The notes under the pieces were generated by a model. That model had not been told where the DNA came from. It did no database searches and saw only the letters and a program-made list of their open reading frames with translations. Positions 7,484 through 9,042 of a DNA stretch of 9,042 bases are shown in pieces. How positions within the stretch are numbered: position 1 is the first letter of the stretch; each line of letters opens with the position of its first letter. Position numbers and translations under genes: made by a program. The stretch covers positions 1 through 9,042 of the forward strand of contig JBJCIZ010000562.1 of the NCBI GenBank assembly GCA_051294375.1, written 5' to 3'. This DNA comes from Paraspadella gotoi (taxonomy: Eukaryota; Animalia; Chaetognatha).

Positions 7484-7641
7484 GGAGGAGGAAGAGGAGG
7501 AGGAGGGGGAGAGAGGGGGGAAGAGGAGTAGGGAAGGACGGAAGAGGGGGAGGCAGTTAAGCAAAGGACAAGGGTCGGGGAAAAGAAAAAATTAAGAGAA
7601 TAAGAAAGAGAAGAAGGGGAAAGAGAAGAAAAGGAAAAAAA
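7484..7641 (+). repeat. purine-rich low-complexity tract with GGA repeats
   Basis: ggaggaggaagaggaggaggagggggagagaggggggaagagg... Confidence 0.85.
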
Positions 7642-7811
7642 GTTAAATTGAGCTGGAGACGCGCATGAGAGATTCAAATGAACTCATTTACCAATTATAC
7701 AAAATGTTTTTATTTTTTAAAAAATTAAACTTTCTCCATTTTTAGGAAACTTAAAACGCTACTGCAAGAAAAAAAAAGCTTGTATAGAAAAAATTCCTTA
7801 GTGATTTCGTA

Positions 7812-7977
7812 CTCTTTTCTTTTCTCTCTCTTCTCTCTCTCTCTCTTCACTCTTCTCTCTCTCTCTCTCTTCTCTTCCTCTAAAAAAACTCATTTCTCCC
7901 TTCTCTCTTCTTCTCTCTCTCTCTCTCTCTCTCTCTTCCCCTAAAAAAAACCACTTTCTTCCCCCTCCTCTTCACTT
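7812..7977 (+). repeat. (CT)n microsatellite region containing a diverged ~60-bp tandem duplication
   Basis: (CT)n-ctcttcctc-taaaaaaa-ctcatttct (about 7853-7910) vs (CT)n-ctcttcccc-taaaaaaaa-ccactttct (about 7911-7973). Confidence 0.85.
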
Positions 7978-8242
7978 CGCTCCCGTGTATTAAAATAGAA
8001 TTTTATTAATAATTTTTTGGGAAAATTTTCTTGTTGAATGAAGCAAAAGCAGACTCACGCCTCTCACGAAATTCCGTGACTGAAGCCGAAGATCACGCTT
8101 CTCATAAAATCATTAGACTAAAGCGGAAAAACTCACATCTGACGAAAAAAATAAAATGCGGCTGAAGTTAGGGAGTGAGATACCACGTGGGGGGGAAAAT
8201 TTCATGAAACTTTTAATTCAGTAAATTTTGAATAAAAAGTCA

Positions 8243-8303
8243 AAGTAGTAAAAATAAAAAGACTAAGTAGTAAAAATAGCTACTAGTAAGTTATAAAAAG
8301 ACT
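8243..8303 (+). repeat. AT-rich local direct repeats
   Basis: AAGTAGTAAAAATA at 8243-8256 and 8265-8278. ATAAAAAGACT at 8254-8264 and 8293-8303. Confidence 0.85.
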
Positions 8304-8844
8304 GTTTTGAACTTAAAACTTAAGTTTATCGTTTTTAATCAACTTAATAAAATATTTCTTATTATCAGCTTATCATAAGCCAAACATTTGACATATTAAA
8401 GGGTATAGCACAATGTGTTAATTGCTAAATGGAAAGAAAAATTTATACAATAATGTTTATTTAAAACAGTTACTTCATGCTTGACTCATAAAACTTTGAA
8501 TTAAGACAAATTACAAATTTTAACAAAGCTTTAAACATTGTTTATATCCTCGGATATTAAAGGACAAACGCGGTTCTCACGAGGCGTTGCGACCGAAGCG
8601 AGAAATCACGCTCCGCGCAAAATATAGATCTTCCTTAATATTCTTGTTCACTCGGAGGCGAATCACGTTGAGTCGTGGAAGCATGACATGAAAGAGGGTG
8701 AGAAAAAAAGTTGGCGGGGGGGATAAGGGTGGAGGGGGGCGGAAGGGAACTGAGGAAGTGGATAGGGATAAAGGAGAAAGGGGAAAACGTTTTTGGAAGG
8801 GGATATATTGACAAAAGAAGACAGGAAAAACAGCTGCGGCTTGG

Positions 8845-8870
8845 ATAAGGGTAATACCCTTATTAAGGGT
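8845..8870. repeat. overlapping double palindrome of three alternating TAAGGGT units
   Basis: ATAAGGGTA-A-TACCCTTAT at 8845-8863 overlapping ACCCTTA-T-TAAGGGT at 8856-8870. Confidence 0.9.
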
Positions 8871-9042
8871 TATGCAATGCAACTAGGAGAGGTGAGAAAG
8901 TACTGCGGAAGGGAATATTGACAATGGGTAAAACATTTTCGAGAGGAAGATATTGCATAATGAGAAAAAAAGGAGGAAAAGAGCGCGAAAACAACTGTCT
9001 TGTACTGATTACTGAGGACTATATACTATATAGTAAGGCGTA

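Noticed and set aside
5159-7677. Leu/Ser/Pro-rich or Glu/Arg/Gly-rich ORFs (5159..5416, 6185..6478, 6526..7053, 6706..6942, 7396..7677; likewise 2786..3094)
   Set aside because: They are direct translations of (CT)n/(GA)n and purine tracts, which lack stop codons.
7760-8038. TACTGCAAGAAAA (7760-7772) resembling the En/Spm TIR CACTACAAGAAAA, with possible partners at 8026-8038 or 3327-3339
   Set aside because: The terminal CACTA/TAGTG is broken, the partners are mismatched or face the wrong way, and the similarity is mostly A/T runs.
8801-8813. GGATATATTG (T-DNA border core-like) and TTGACA (-35-like, also at 8918)
   Set aside because: The CAG nick-site context and the rest of the 25-bp border are missing. 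There is no -10 box at 16-18 bp, and the context is not prokaryotic.
8911-8928. GGGAATATTGACAATGGG resembling the conserved bacterial 16S segment GGGAATATTGCACAATGGG
   Set aside because: It is only 18 nt with a gap, the flanks do not match 16S rRNA, and it is explained as a copy of the local repeat.

Overview
This window reads as eukaryotic-type, mostly non-coding, low-complexity DNA. AT-rich spacers alternate abruptly with GC/CpG-rich islands (about 1115-1310, 1690-2070, 2680-2830, 4440-4720, 6080-6270), interrupted (CT)n/(GA)n microsatellites and long purine-biased tracts (560-900, 6270-7170, 7480-7640, 8690-8990). I recognise no protein family, rRNA, intact tRNA, CRISPR array or intact transposon, and I cannot support a new biological system from this sequence alone. 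Most ORFs in the track are artefacts of GC-rich or purine/pyrimidine-biased DNA, and many start at TTG/GTG. The best leads are weak. (1) A minus-strand gene-like arrangement: motif cluster at 2229-2552, pyrimidine-rich leader, ATG ORF 1997->1569, then 53 more in-frame, protein-like codons after the TAA. (2) A degenerate tRNA-like A-box/B-box unit at 4188-4267. (3) Short colinear motifs shared between GC islands. (4) Many short local duplications and nested palindromes. CpG does not look depleted, even in the AT-rich parts. The taxon cannot be assigned, and an error-prone assembly or a synthetic origin cannot be excluded.
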